Assembly: GCA_964490105.1 (NCBI GenBank)
Contig: CAZAZU010000001.1
Coordinates: 86,706-150,705 of the forward strand
Reading direction: 5' to 3'
Source: an uncultured Gammaproteobacteria bacterium
GTDB taxonomy: Bacteria > Patescibacteriota > Microgenomatia > Levybacterales > UBA12049
DNA: 64,000 bases
In this document: positions 38,985 through 51,303 of the stretch, in pieces
Position numbering within the stretch: the stretch's first letter is position 1
Layout: every line of letters begins with the position of its first letter
Notes under the pieces: model-generated
What the model was told of the DNA's origin: nothing
Seen by the model: only the letters and a program-made list of their open reading frames with translations
The model's database searches: none
Program-made: the position numbers and the translations under genes

Positions 38985-39443
38985 CTATTTCTTTTTCGGT
39001 TCTGGAGCTCGTACAACTAAGGAGCGATTTATGTATACATCTGTGGGGATTTGCGGTTGACCGTTTTTATCAAGTCGTACCATTCCATCATTAATGCGAA
39101 TGTCAGGATCATCAGCGTTTAATTTAACTCGCACCCATGAGCCATTTTCAGCATAACCTGATACTTCAAATCTTTCTCCAATAGGAGCTTTTCCAATAGG
39201 AGCAGAAACAGTAGATGGACCGCCGCGAAGAGTTGCTCCTTCATTTTCTACTAGTTGATCCATGATTGCACTATTATAACTTCCAACCTTGACATGGGTT
39301 AAGGGTTTCGGTGCTTCTGGTAAAGGCGCTGCAAAGGAAAGGGTTGTGGAGAGCGCAACAGCTCCGACAGCTCGTCTGTGTCTAAAAGTGAACCTGGCAG
39401 CTTCAGCTATAGATTTTGGTATTGATCTTAATCTGTCTGACAT
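38985..39443 (-). CDS. Exported SH3b-like domain protein
   Basis: Hydrophobic segment, then ATLRGGPS...IG...NGSWVRV...YI; TTGACA-17-TATAAT-8 nt-ATG. Confidence 0.7.
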   Translation of the reverse strand: MSDRLRSIPKSIAEAARFTFRHRRAVGAVALSTTLSFAAPLPEAPKPLTHVKVGSYNSAIMDQLVENEGATLRGGPSTVSAPIGKAPIGERFEVSGYAENGSWVRVKLNADDPDIRINDGMVRLDKNGQPQIPTDVYINRSLVVRAPEPKKK

Positions 39444-39486
39444 AGGTGTATATTATAACTATAGGCTCTGGGTATGTCAAGTTAAA

Positions 39487-40260
39487 TTATGACTGTGGAT
39501 TTCCAACCTGGGTGGTTACAGAGTGTCCTGCGATTGATGCTATGCCAACTTGATCAGCAGGAACGACTGTTTCTCCAAGTTCATTTTTACCAGTTAGCTG
39601 ACCATTTTCGAATCGAGCACTTATTATACCGCCGCTTGAGTCAATGGGAGTGATATGAGAGTCTGTAGAACTACTGTGACTTATAAAGCCAACTGTCTTA
39701 GTGATGTCTCCTAAGGGGCTTTTGTGTTCAAGTTCTACTGCAAGCCAAGGAGCTTCTAGAATTCCAGACGAAGGATCGGTGGCCATGGCAATCGGTGTAT
39801 TCTCGATAATAAATGGGGTTTTTCCATCCCACGCAGTCCCATTAATTGATATTATATCGTTCATTTCGATATAATTGTCTCTTCCTTCTTGTCTATCATC
39901 AAAATCAGGCATATAAGGATCATGCCGGATTACTAAATCTTTTTCACCCTCTTTATGAATCTCAACAAGATACTTATTCGTATCAATTTGTTTAAGCATA
40001 CTATGATAGCTCTGAAAGGATTCTGCGGGAGGTTTACTAACCTCGTCAACTATATGTGCGACACCTGCTCCTCCGCCTGCAATTATTCCTAATGCCAGGG
40101 CTATGTTTCTAATTCTGTGACGCACGCTTGGGCCGTGGTCTTTAGATGATGTTATTCTTCTTGCCTGCTGAATCCTGGGATTGTTAGAGCTTACTTGATC
40201 GATTGATCTAAAAGCTCCTTGTGATGGTCTAATGTCTCGCCCATGTGATCCTTCTGGCAT
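39487..40260 (-). CDS. Single-TM hypothetical protein (possible SH3b-like ectodomain)
   Basis: TM ALALGIIAGGGAGV; LVIRHDP...WLAV...GFIS; TTGAAA-17-TATAAA-6 nt-ATG. Confidence 0.65.
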   Translation of the reverse strand: MPEGSHGRDIRPSQGAFRSIDQVSSNNPRIQQARRITSSKDHGPSVRHRIRNIALALGIIAGGGAGVAHIVDEVSKPPAESFQSYHSMLKQIDTNKYLVEIHKEGEKDLVIRHDPYMPDFDDRQEGRDNYIEMNDIISINGTAWDGKTPFIIENTPIAMATDPSSGILEAPWLAVELEHKSPLGDITKTVGFISHSSSTDSHITPIDSSGGIISARFENGQLTGKNELGETVVPADQVGIASIAGHSVTTQVGNPQS

Positions 40261-40291
40261 GATTAATTTATATCATCCTTAGGATCTTATT

Positions 40292-40699
40292 TCAAACTTT
40301 TGGAAATTGAACCGGAACCTTTCTATCAACTTGAGTAAATAATTCCCACGCTTTGGCAAGTGAGGCTGGCCTTAAAACTCGAGAGTCTGGTTGACCTTGT
40401 CGATATTCGTACTCTGTTACATCTCTGCCATCTATGGCAATTCCTTTCATTTGCATGGGATTTTCAGTATCTGGGGTTTCAAAGAAATATACATATCTCG
40501 TCACATGCGGATGGTGCGTTAATCTTCCCTCAGTTATAACAGGTATGCTGCCAAGTCTTGTGCCAAGTACATTTACCGATCTTCCTCTTACGTCTTCATG
40601 ATCGTTCGTCATAGTAGAAGTAACTTTCTCAAGGATCCTATCGGTTAAAATTTTTGGATTACCTCTTTCGTGAATTGATATCGCTAACTCAGTAAACAT
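40292..40699 (-). CDS. Hypothetical protein
   Basis: ORF with TTGAAT-17-TATAAT-8 nt-ATG. Confidence 0.65.
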   Translation of the reverse strand: MFTELAISIHERGNPKILTDRILEKVTSTMTNDHEDVRGRSVNVLGTRLGSIPVITEGRLTHHPHVTRYVYFFETPDTENPMQMKGIAIDGRDVTEYEYRQGQPDSRVLRPASLAKAWELFTQVDRKVPVQFPKV

Positions 40700-40989
40700 A
40701 AGTTGCCATTATAAAGGATTAAGGTTGACTATTCAATTCCACGCGTCGTATAATTAATCAGCTGCGGTGATCATGATTGCTCCTTTTTACAACGCAAGCG
40801 TCGCAAAAAGGATCTGGCATAGCTAAATATAATAATTTATGAATTATAGCCTGCCCATAACTAGTAATAATCCTCGATATAGTCTGATCTACTTCGATAT
40901 AGAAATATTTCAAACGTGGCGCTCCTCCCCTATCTCTGCTAATCGACGTTTTTCTGGGAATTTAGCCTTGAATTTTATCTTATAGTATT

Positions 40990-41925
40990 ATGGAAGAAAA
41001 GCTTTTAAAGTACACTGAAGATTTTTTAGAGTATCTGGAGATCGAGAAAAACTGCAGTAAGCTCACGATCCGAGATTACAGGCATTATCTGGAGGTGTTT
41101 AGGATCTGGCATAAAGAGACAATTCCCACTAAAGAACTCGATAAATTGGACTTATCAGATATAAGAAAATACAGGGTTTATTTATCTAACAAGGTCGACG
41201 TTAAAGGTGCGGGGTTAAAGCGAGTTACTCAAAATTACTATATTATCGCCTTTCGCTCTTTCCTTAGATTCTTGATAAAAAATGACATCAAGACTCTTGA
41301 GCCATCAAAAATAGATCTCCCTAAGACGGAAAGCAGATCTTTGAAATTCCTGGAAAGAGAGCAAGTGGATAGGCTGGTAACCAGTCCTGATACTTCTAAA
41401 GAAGAAGGTGTTAGGGATAGAGCAATTATGGAACTTTTGTTCTCGACTGGCCTTCGTGTATCTGAACTTGTGAGTCTTAACCGCGATCAGATCAACTTAG
41501 AGCGAAAAGAGTTCGGAATAATAGGAAAAGGCAGGCGTTCAAGAATTGTGTTCGTTTCTGATAGAGCTGCGGAGTGGATACAAAAATACCTCAATCACAG
41601 GAAAGACGATTTTAAGCCTATGTTCATCCGGTATTCAGGGGCAGTAATTGAGGAGAATAATGGCGAGAGAATGAGGCTTACGGCTAGAAGCGTTGAGAGG
41701 ATTGTTAAGAAATATGTGAGGCAGGCCAGAATTCCTGTGGATGCTACGGTTCACACTTTGCGCCATAGTTTTGCGACAGACTTATTAACTAACGGCGCGG
41801 ATCTAAGATCGGTTCAGGAGATGCTGGGGCATAAGAATATAGCTACTACTCAGATTTATACTCACATAACAAATAAACAATTAAGAGAGGTTCATAAATC
41901 TTTCCATAGTGGAAATGATAAGTGA
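40990..41925 (+). CDS. Xer-family tyrosine recombinase
   Basis: SAM-like N-domain; TGLRVSEL, GKG, HTLRHSFAT, LGH and TTQIY catalytic residues. Confidence 0.95.
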   Translation: MEEKLLKYTEDFLEYLEIEKNCSKLTIRDYRHYLEVFRIWHKETIPTKELDKLDLSDIRKYRVYLSNKVDVKGAGLKRVTQNYYIIAFRSFLRFLIKNDIKTLEPSKIDLPKTESRSLKFLEREQVDRLVTSPDTSKEEGVRDRAIMELLFSTGLRVSELVSLNRDQINLERKEFGIIGKGRRSRIVFVSDRAAEWIQKYLNHRKDDFKPMFIRYSGAVIEENNGERMRLTARSVERIVKKYVRQARIPVDATVHTLRHSFATDLLTNGADLRSVQEMLGHKNIATTQIYTHITNKQLREVHKSFHSGNDK

Positions 41926-41928
41926 GGA

Positions 41929-42066
41929 TTAATTTCTGCCGTCCATCTTTTTTCTATAGAAATTTACTTTACTTCTAGCACGAGAGGCAAGTTCGTAATC
42001 CCCTTTTAGGGTAGCTCTTACTTGAAGTAAAAATGCCCTTTGAAACTTCTGTTCGTCCTTAGACAT
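41929..42066 (-). CDS. Small basic protein (45 aa), not in ORF track
   Basis: ATG 1 nt after the SIMPL stop; MSKDEQKFQRAFLLQVRATLKGDYELASRARSKVNFYRKKMDGRN fills the gap to xer. Confidence 0.55.
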   Translation of the reverse strand: MSKDEQKFQRAFLLQVRATLKGDYELASRARSKVNFYRKKMDGRN

Positions 42067-42067
42067 A

Positions 42068-42844
42068 TTAATTTGTTTGATAAGTTAAAATTACAGTTAC
42101 CTCTACGTTACTTTCTCCGGGTGTAATGCTGCTTACTTCCCTTTCAGGATTCTGGATCAAAACATCCCCTCCTTGGGCAGTGTCCATTGCTTTAGTTGCC
42201 ATTGTGAATGGCATCGGGTATCCAGTTCCTGTTGATTCAGTGACGTTAATTATTTTTCCCAGTTTTATTCCAGATGCTTTTGCAAGTCCTTGAGCCGAAG
42301 CTTTAGCATTTTCGACAGCTTCTTTTCTAGCGGTATTCTTAAGCTCTAATTGCTTTTTGTCGTTAAGTTTAAATGAAATGTTTCCTACCATATTTGCGCC
42401 TGCCTCAGTTCCAGCATCGACTACTTGATTTGTCTTTCCGATTGGCACTTCTACTTCAAAATTTTGTGATACAGTGTAGCCGGTTATTCTCTGGTTATCT
42501 CCTGTGAAGCTGTAGTTTGGGTTTATTGAGTAATTTGTAGTTTTAATTTTTTCTTCTTCAACCCCTTGTGCCTTTAGGGCATTTATTATTTTAGTTGAGG
42601 CAGCATTTGCGCTATTTTGGGCCTGTTCTACATTAGTACCCTGAGTAGTGACGCCAAGGCTGATTAAAGCCTCGTCTGGGGCCGCTGAAGCCTTTCCTGT
42701 GCCGGTTGACTGGAATACGTCAGTTGTAGTTGTATTAATATTATTAACCGTGAATGGGATAGGGCCTAAAAATTTTGTATATACGAAAAGAAGAACGAAG
42801 AAAACTACAATTGCACCAATTAAATCAAAGCCCTTTTTTTCCAT
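42068..42844 (-). CDS. SIMPL (DUF541/YggE) family protein
   Basis: G.G...AAPD, IKTTNYSINPNY, A...G..LG, PGE..V. Confidence 0.9.
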   Translation of the reverse strand: MEKKGFDLIGAIVVFFVLLFVYTKFLGPIPFTVNNINTTTTDVFQSTGTGKASAAPDEALISLGVTTQGTNVEQAQNSANAASTKIINALKAQGVEEEKIKTTNYSINPNYSFTGDNQRITGYTVSQNFEVEVPIGKTNQVVDAGTEAGANMVGNISFKLNDKKQLELKNTARKEAVENAKASAQGLAKASGIKLGKIINVTESTGTGYPMPFTMATKAMDTAQGGDVLIQNPEREVSSITPGESNVEVTVILTYQTN

Positions 42845-42900
42845 GGATATATATATCTAAGTACATATGTCAGGGCTTTGTCAAGTGGGGACAATCTAAT

Positions 42901-43335
42901 TTAAAGACTGCAGTCTACAGTAACGAAGTCATCTTTATATAATGCTTTTCCTTCGTTTTGTTCTTTCACAGATAAATAATATTTTCCTGTTCCGCATGTT
43001 CTTTTAGTTATTTTCCAATAACTGTCGTTATTCAAAACTTTAACTCTATTGGATTCAATTCCCATAACTACCACATCTTTTGCTTTAGGAATAGGTGCTT
43101 GGGTTGGTTTTTTCGTCGGTTCTGTTATTGCCGCTGAGGTAATTTTATTGGATTGATTTGAGCTTAGATTTGAAATTGCAAAAATCGAAACAGGTAGTAT
43201 GGCGAGAATTGCGACGAAAGAAATAGTAATTGCTAGCTTTCGCTTTTTAGTTCGTCCGGGTTTTTTTGGGTCTAAATAAATACTTTTATAATCTTCTCCC
43301 CAGTAGTTTATTTGAAAATCTTCATTTGCGCTCAT
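42901..43335 (-). CDS. TM protein with LysM-like domain
   Basis: TM, Pro/Thr linker, VKVLNNDSYWKIT...G.G.Y...N. Confidence 0.6.
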   Translation of the reverse strand: MSANEDFQINYWGEDYKSIYLDPKKPGRTKKRKLAITISFVAILAILPVSIFAISNLSSNQSNKITSAAITEPTKKPTQAPIPKAKDVVVMGIESNRVKVLNNDSYWKITKRTCGTGKYYLSVKEQNEGKALYKDDFVTVDCSL

Positions 43336-43430
43336 TGTGCTCGAAATTCTAGCACACTATAAGTTGGGAAGTCAATATATTTTAGCTTGCTGTGTCAGTC
43401 TATATTTGCTTAATGCAATAACTACAAGAC

Positions 43431-44273
43431 TTATTTGATGGAATTTTCTGCGGCTTTAACTAAATTCTCCATGAGGCATGCCACATTTACCGGTCCTACT
43501 CCGCCGGGAGTTGGTGAATAAAAGCTTGCTACATTTTCTACATCTGAGCTATTATAATCCCCTCTTAATTTGCCGGTATCGTCCGTGTAAATACCCACAC
43601 CAATAAGAATCGCGCCTTTTTTAAATTGCTTTGTGGATAGAATTGTTTTTCCGACTGCTGTAATGATAATATCTGCTTCTTTTAACAGCTTTTCTTTGTT
43701 TTCTGTCTTTGAATCAATTACCTGAGGTTTTAATTTATGTTTTTTAAGTAAATCTATAATAGGTCTTCCTGCTGTCTCCCCTTTTCCGATAACTGCTATT
43801 TTTTTAGTTTTTAGCCATGTGGAAAATGCTCCTTTTGTATTTGTTTGCTCAAAGGCGTTTTTAATAAGAAGAAATGAAGCCTCGGCGACGGGAACTGGAT
43901 ATTTAGTATGTTTTCCAAACCCGTCAATTTCTTTTACTCCTGAAATAAGCTCAGTAAGTGCATCTGCATTAATGCCAGGAGCTGCAGGTCGCTGGATAAT
44001 TACGCCATGAATTTTAGGATTTTTATCTAATTTTTTAACAAGTTTTTCTAAATCTTTAATCGTGGTTTCATTTGTAACAGGAAAGACTTTTACTTTTGCT
44101 CCGATTTCTTCGGCTTTTACTCCTTTTTGGCGCACATAAATTTTAGAGGCTTCATTGTCGCCCATCAAAATTATGGCCATGGTTGGGGTAATTTTTTTCT
44201 TTTTGAGTTCTTCCACGCGTTGCTTGAGTTTTTCTAAGATTTCAGAGGAAATGGCTTTGCCGTCTAGTTTCAT
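43431..44273 (-). CDS. folD: Bifunctional methylene-THF dehydrogenase/cyclohydrolase
   Basis: LDGK, YVRQK, KEIDG, TPGGVGP. Confidence 0.93.
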   Translation of the reverse strand: MKLDGKAISSEILEKLKQRVEELKKKKITPTMAIILMGDNEASKIYVRQKGVKAEEIGAKVKVFPVTNETTIKDLEKLVKKLDKNPKIHGVIIQRPAAPGINADALTELISGVKEIDGFGKHTKYPVPVAEASFLLIKNAFEQTNTKGAFSTWLKTKKIAVIGKGETAGRPIIDLLKKHKLKPQVIDSKTENKEKLLKEADIIITAVGKTILSTKQFKKGAILIGVGIYTDDTGKLRGDYNSSDVENVASFYSPTPGGVGPVNVACLMENLVKAAENSIK

Positions 44274-46735
44274 TATTCAACACAGGTGATAGCTGCGATT
44301 CTGTCTTCATTCTTTGAGAATCTCATTAAAATTACTCCTTGAGTTGCGCGGGATAGCTTTGGAATCGAATCTATTTCAAGTCTAACGACCTGGCCTTTAA
44401 TTGAAGTTATGATTACTTCTTTAGCATTTGGCGGAATAACTTGGCTTGACGCAACTTTTCCAGTCTTAGCAGTTACTTCAGCAATTTTAACTCCCATCCC
44501 TCCCCTACTCTGCGCGTTAAATTCCTTAACAAGAGTTTTCTTTCCGTATCCATTTTCCATGATTGTTAGAAGTTCAGGATTGTCTGCCTTTTTAACTACG
44601 TCCATACCGACTACTAAGTCATCTCCTGAGAGCTTGATTCCCCTTACTCCTCTTGTTGCTCTTCCAAGCGGACGAATAGATTTCTCATCAAATCTAATAC
44701 ATTTTCCATTTCGTGTATATACTAAAATGTCGTCAGCTCCAGTTGTTGGATTGCTCCATGCTAGCTCGTCACCTTTATCTAGTTTTATAGCCACAATTCC
44801 AGACTTTCTTATATTTTCGAATTCAGATTTAGCTGTTTTTTTAACAGTCCCATTCCTTGTTGCTAAGAACACATATTTGAATTCATCTCCCTTGTTATAT
44901 GTAATAAATGATTCAACTTTCTCTCCTGCTTCGATATTGATGAGATTTACAACTGCTGTACCCTTGCTGGTTCTTGAAGATTCATCTATTTCATAAGCTT
45001 TTGTTTGGTAAACCTTTCCTTTATTTGTAAAGAAAAGAATATTATCGTGAGTCATGGTGGAGCGGATGTTCATTATTCCGTCTTCATCTTTTGTAGTCAT
45101 TCCCTTTACTCCTTTTCCTCCTCTTTGTTGGGTTCTGAAACTAGTTAAGCTTTGTCTTTTAATGTAACCGGTCGTCGTAAGAGTTATAACAGTTGGTTCA
45201 TTTGGAATAAGATCTTCCTCTGAGAATTCGCCGACTTTTCCTTTGTAGACTTTAGTTCTTCTATCATCTGCGTATTTTTCTTTTAGATAATCTGATTCGT
45301 CTTTTACAATTTTAAGGATTTTTTCAGGATGAGCTAATAAATCCTCAAGATACGCGATAGTTTCTTTAACCATCTGATATTCGTCCTCGATTTTTTGCCT
45401 TTCAAGAGCCGCTAAGCGTCTAAGCTGAAGGTCAAGAATTGCAACGGATTGAAGCTCTGATAGCTTAAATTTCTTCATCAGGTTTTCCTTAGCGTCATCC
45501 TGTGTTTTTGATTCTCTAATTGTTTTAATTACAGCATCTAAATTATCTACTGCGATCTTAAGTCCTTCTAAGATGTGAAGTCTTGCCTTAGCTTGTTTTA
45601 ATTCAAACTCAGATCTTTTTCTGATAATTAAGTATCTATGCTTAATGTATTCCTCAAGAATTGTTTTAAGATTAAGGGTCTGAGGCGTGTTGTCGACAAG
45701 TGCGACTACATTTGCTGAGAAAGTAGTCTGAAGACTTGTGTATTTGAATAGATTGTTGAGGACCCTTTTTGGAGAAGAATCCCTTTTAAGTTCTACGACT
45801 ACTCGAATTCCGTGTCTGTCTGACTCGTCTCTAAGATCAGAGATTCCTTCAATTTTCTTTTCTTTAACGAGTTCAGCAATGCGCGCTACGAGAAGCGCTT
45901 TATTAACTTGATACGGAAGTTCCGTAATAATAACTGCAGATTTTCCCTGTCCGATTTCTTCTATTTCAGCTTTTCCGCGGATTAAAATTCTTCCGCGCCC
46001 TGTTGTGTAAACGTTTTTAATTTCCGCAATGTCATAGATACTACCTGCGGTTGGAAAATCCGGGCCTTTTATAAATTCTAAAAGTTCATCAACTGTCACG
46101 TCACTAGTTACTGTAAATGGATCAAGTGTAATTTTTGTTTTACCTATCATGTGATTAACTGCATCAATTACCTCGCCTAAATTATGCGGGGGAATTTTAG
46201 TAGCCATTCCGACAGCAATTCCTTCTGAGCCCATAAGTAAAAGATTTGGAAGCTTTGCAGGTAGGTAGGTTGGCTCCTGTATAGTGTCATCGAAATTTCC
46301 TGTAAAGGTTACTGTTTCCTTATCAATATCGGTAAGCATTTCTGTAGTAATTGCAGCCATTCTAGCTTCCGTATAACGCATAGCAGCTGGCGGGTCTCCA
46401 TCCATGGATCCAAAGTTTCCCTGGCCGTCAATTAGCGGGTATCTCATTGAGAAGTCTTGTGCGAGTCTCACAAGCGCATCATAAATAGCTGTGTCTCCAT
46501 GCGGATGGAATTTTCCCATTACTTCTCCGACAATCTTTGCGCTCTTTGAATATTTTGCACTGTGTCCTAAATTAAGTTCGTCCATCGCGAAAAGAATTCT
46601 ACGATGCACTGGTTTTAATCCGTCTCTAACATCTGGGAGTGCGCGGGAGACTATAACTGACATTGCGTAATCCAAATACGCACGTTTCATTTCTTCTGAT
46701 ATTCCGGTCTGGTGAAGTTTTCCTATGTCGGCCAT
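44273..46735 (-). CDS. gyrA: DNA gyrase subunit A
   Basis: [23 protein letters not shown], GyrA-box QQRGGKG. Confidence 0.98.
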   Translation of the reverse strand: MADIGKLHQTGISEEMKRAYLDYAMSVIVSRALPDVRDGLKPVHRRILFAMDELNLGHSAKYSKSAKIVGEVMGKFHPHGDTAIYDALVRLAQDFSMRYPLIDGQGNFGSMDGDPPAAMRYTEARMAAITTEMLTDIDKETVTFTGNFDDTIQEPTYLPAKLPNLLLMGSEGIAVGMATKIPPHNLGEVIDAVNHMIGKTKITLDPFTVTSDVTVDELLEFIKGPDFPTAGSIYDIAEIKNVYTTGRGRILIRGKAEIEEIGQGKSAVIITELPYQVNKALLVARIAELVKEKKIEGISDLRDESDRHGIRVVVELKRDSSPKRVLNNLFKYTSLQTTFSANVVALVDNTPQTLNLKTILEEYIKHRYLIIRKRSEFELKQAKARLHILEGLKIAVDNLDAVIKTIRESKTQDDAKENLMKKFKLSELQSVAILDLQLRRLAALERQKIEDEYQMVKETIAYLEDLLAHPEKILKIVKDESDYLKEKYADDRRTKVYKGKVGEFSEEDLIPNEPTVITLTTTGYIKRQSLTSFRTQQRGGKGVKGMTTKDEDGIMNIRSTMTHDNILFFTNKGKVYQTKAYEIDESSRTSKGTAVVNLINIEAGEKVESFITYNKGDEFKYVFLATRNGTVKKTAKSEFENIRKSGIVAIKLDKGDELAWSNPTTGADDILVYTRNGKCIRFDEKSIRPLGRATRGVRGIKLSGDDLVVGMDVVKKADNPELLTIMENGYGKKTLVKEFNAQSRGGMGVKIAEVTAKTGKVASSQVIPPNAKEVIITSIKGQVVRLEIDSIPKLSRATQGVILMRFSKNEDRIAAITCVE

Positions 46736-46790
46736 TCGTTATAGTTTAGTTAAATTTTTTGGACAGTTCATATTGAAACTTTTCTAGGTT

Positions 46791-48830
46791 TTATACTAGA
46801 AATGAGGCAATTAATAATGCAACAATGTTCAATACTTTGATCATTGGGTTAATTGCCGGGCCTGCTGTGTCTTTATAAGGATCTCCAACTGTATCTCCTG
46901 TTACCGCTGCAGCGTGCGCAAAGCTACCCTTTCCTCCGAATTTACCTTCTTCAATATATTTCTTAGTGTTATCCCAGGCAGCTCCACCTGTGGTCATTGA
47001 AATTCCTACGAATAGTCCTGTTACGATTGAACCGATTAGTAGTCCTCCAAGTGCTTTTGGACCTAGTAAAAATCCTACTAAAATAGGTGCTACAACTGGA
47101 ATTAATGCTGGAACAATCATCTGTTTTATGGCTGCAGTTGTAACGATGTCTACTGCTTTTGCATACTCTGGTTTTGCTTTTCCGGTCATAATGCCTTTAA
47201 TTTCTTTAAACTGGCGTCTAACTTCATCAACTACTGCAACTGATGCTTTTCCAACTGCTTCCATGGCTAGAGCTCCGAAGAAATATGGAAGTGCTCCTCC
47301 GATGAAAAGTCCGATGATAACTCTTGGATCAGATAGCGTAAATGAAGCAGCGGTGATGCTGCCGCCAAGATGAACTAATTCTTCTGTGTAGCTTGCAAAT
47401 AATACTAAAGCTGCAAGTCCCGCTGAGCCAATAGCATAAGCTTTAGTCACAGCTTTGGTGGTATTTCCTACGGCATCAAGCGGATCCGTAACGTTTCTTA
47501 CTTTTTCTGGAAGTCCTGACATCTCAACAATTCCGCCGGCATTATCAGTGATTGGTCCGAAAGCGTCAATCGCAACAACTATTCCAGTAAGTGAAAGCAT
47601 CGACATAGCTGCAATTGCGATTCCATATAATCCTGCTAATTCATATGCGACTAATGTTCCTGCTGAGATAAGTAAGATTGGAAGTAATGTGGATTTCATA
47701 GAGATCGCGAGTCCAGCAATAACATTTGTTCCTGATCCTGTATTTGATGCCTCAGCAATCGTTCTAACTGGAGAGAATTTTTTGGATGTATAGAATTCTG
47801 TAATGGCAACGAGTCCAATTGTAATTACGAGTCCTACAATTGAGGAGATAAATAATGACATGCTTGAAACATCTCCTAGTCCATTTGGGAAAAGAAGATT
47901 TGTTAAGAAATAAAATCCTGCTAATGCTAAAAGAGCTGAAACGATAAGTCCTTGATAGAGAGCTGCCATGATAGCTTTTCCTCTAACTCTTACAAACCAG
48001 GTTCCTATAATACTTGTTACGATTGATATGGCTCCGATTAATAGCGGATAAAGAAGTACTGTTTGATTTCCTCTGAATGCTAGATCTCCAAGAATCATTG
48101 CGGCAACAGCTGTAATTACATATGTTTCAAAAAGATCCGCTGCCATTCCCGCGTCATCTCCGACGTTATCCCCTACCAAATCAGCGATAACTCCTGGATT
48201 TCTAGGATCGTCTTCTGGAATTCCTTTTTCAATTTTTCCTACCATGTCAGTTCCAACGTCAGCAGATTTTGTAAAAATTCCTCCGCCTAGTCTAGCGAAC
48301 ACTGAAATAAGAGAGCCTCCGAATCCTAGCGCGATTAATGGCTGGAGATTTGGTGTTGAATCCTGAGAGCTAAGGAATAGATAAAAGCCTGTAACAGAGA
48401 CCAAAGCAAGCCCGCAAACCATAAGTCCCGTTACCGCTCCGCCTTTAAACGCCATTCCAAACGCTTCTTTTAATCCTTTTTTTGCAGCCTCAGCAGTGCG
48501 AATATTACTTCTCACGGCTATTCCCATTCCAAAAATTCCAGCTACTGAGGAAAGGATAGCGCCGATTGCAAAACCAATTGCGGTATATGAACCAAATACG
48601 AAGTAAAGGCCTGCAAGCATGACGATTCCAATTCCTGCAATTACTAAATATTGTTTTTTCATGTAGGCATTTGCGCCTTCAGAAATTGCGTCAGCGATTG
48701 CATTCATTTTTTCGTCACCGCGGGGATTTCTAAGAATTACTAAGCTTAAATATGCTCCGTAAATTATAGAAAGAAGACCTGCCCCCAAGCAGATCATTAA
48801 TGCATTATTAAGAATAAATGATAAGTCCAT
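46791..48830 (-). CDS. hppA: Membrane-bound H+-translocating pyrophosphatase (K+-independent type)
   Basis: [31 protein letters not shown] (Lys determinant), GDPYKD. Confidence 0.95.
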   Translation of the reverse strand: MDLSFILNNALMICLGAGLLSIIYGAYLSLVILRNPRGDEKMNAIADAISEGANAYMKKQYLVIAGIGIVMLAGLYFVFGSYTAIGFAIGAILSSVAGIFGMGIAVRSNIRTAEAAKKGLKEAFGMAFKGGAVTGLMVCGLALVSVTGFYLFLSSQDSTPNLQPLIALGFGGSLISVFARLGGGIFTKSADVGTDMVGKIEKGIPEDDPRNPGVIADLVGDNVGDDAGMAADLFETYVITAVAAMILGDLAFRGNQTVLLYPLLIGAISIVTSIIGTWFVRVRGKAIMAALYQGLIVSALLALAGFYFLTNLLFPNGLGDVSSMSLFISSIVGLVITIGLVAITEFYTSKKFSPVRTIAEASNTGSGTNVIAGLAISMKSTLLPILLISAGTLVAYELAGLYGIAIAAMSMLSLTGIVVAIDAFGPITDNAGGIVEMSGLPEKVRNVTDPLDAVGNTTKAVTKAYAIGSAGLAALVLFASYTEELVHLGGSITAASFTLSDPRVIIGLFIGGALPYFFGALAMEAVGKASVAVVDEVRRQFKEIKGIMTGKAKPEYAKAVDIVTTAAIKQMIVPALIPVVAPILVGFLLGPKALGGLLIGSIVTGLFVGISMTTGGAAWDNTKKYIEEGKFGGKGSFAHAAAVTGDTVGDPYKDTAGPAINPMIKVLNIVALLIASFLV

Positions 48831-48944
48831 CCCGTTTAGAAGTAGATCGCTATCTACTTAAAATTTCCCTTCTTTATTTTTTATTATTTTCATAAAATAC
48901 TTTGTCCAGATTAGAAATCAGATGCGATCGCGACTTCTAACGGG
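48831..48944. mobile_element. 114 bp palindromic MITE/REP-like insertion at the hppA start
   Basis: Terminal inverted repeats CCCGTT(T)AGAAGT..GATCGC.ATCT; TCCAT repeated at 48826 and 48946. Confidence 0.7.
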
Positions 48945-48958
48945 ATCCATAAAAAAGT

Positions 48959-48987
48959 ATTATAGCAATATTAGCCTGAATCCTCAA
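48959..48987 (-). promoter_or_regulatory. hppA promoter
   Basis: TTGAGG-17-TATAAT with extended TG, 8 nt before ATG at 48950. Confidence 0.7.
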
Positions 48988-48989
48988 TA

Positions 48990-50993
<2,004 letters not shown>

Positions 50994-51036
50994 TTATAGA
51001 CTATATTAGCAAAAAAAACGACTACTTTCCAGATCT

Positions 51037-51279
51037 TTAACTATGATCAGGTAAACCCTCTTGAGCTTTAATTTCTCGAATAAATCCAGTTAATGTTTGT
51101 CTGTCGCCGCGCGTAGCCCATAATTCATTTACGATTTCTTTTCTTAATCTAGCTGGTGCTTGATCACCTACTATACTCGTTAAGCTTTCAAGGCGTTTTG
51201 GTGCCCAAGTCGCAACAGGCGTTCTAACCACAGTTGATTTGTCGGGAGTTTTTCTCGTAGCCCAATTCATTCTTTCCAT
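51037..51279 (-). CDS. Hypothetical protein
   Basis: ORF with TGA-TATAAT-6 nt-ATG. Confidence 0.6.
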   Translation of the reverse strand: MERMNWATRKTPDKSTVVRTPVATWAPKRLESLTSIVGDQAPARLRKEIVNELWATRGDRQTLTGFIREIKAQEGLPDHS

Positions 51280-51303
51280 CGGGGTATTATATCAAACTTG
51301 AGG

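Noticed and set aside
40990-41925. Xer gene as a prophage or integron integrase
   Set aside because: No phage genes, no attC-like repeats, no IntI-specific insertion evident; size and motifs fit a chromosomal Xer.
45791-45801. 9/11 match to a dif arm inside gyrA (another near 46597)
   Set aside because: Isolated half-sites in conserved coding sequence; consistent with chance.
44409-47793. Long antisense ORFs opposite gyrA and hppA (and similar shadows elsewhere)
   Set aside because: Mirror-frame artefacts of codon bias in conserved genes.
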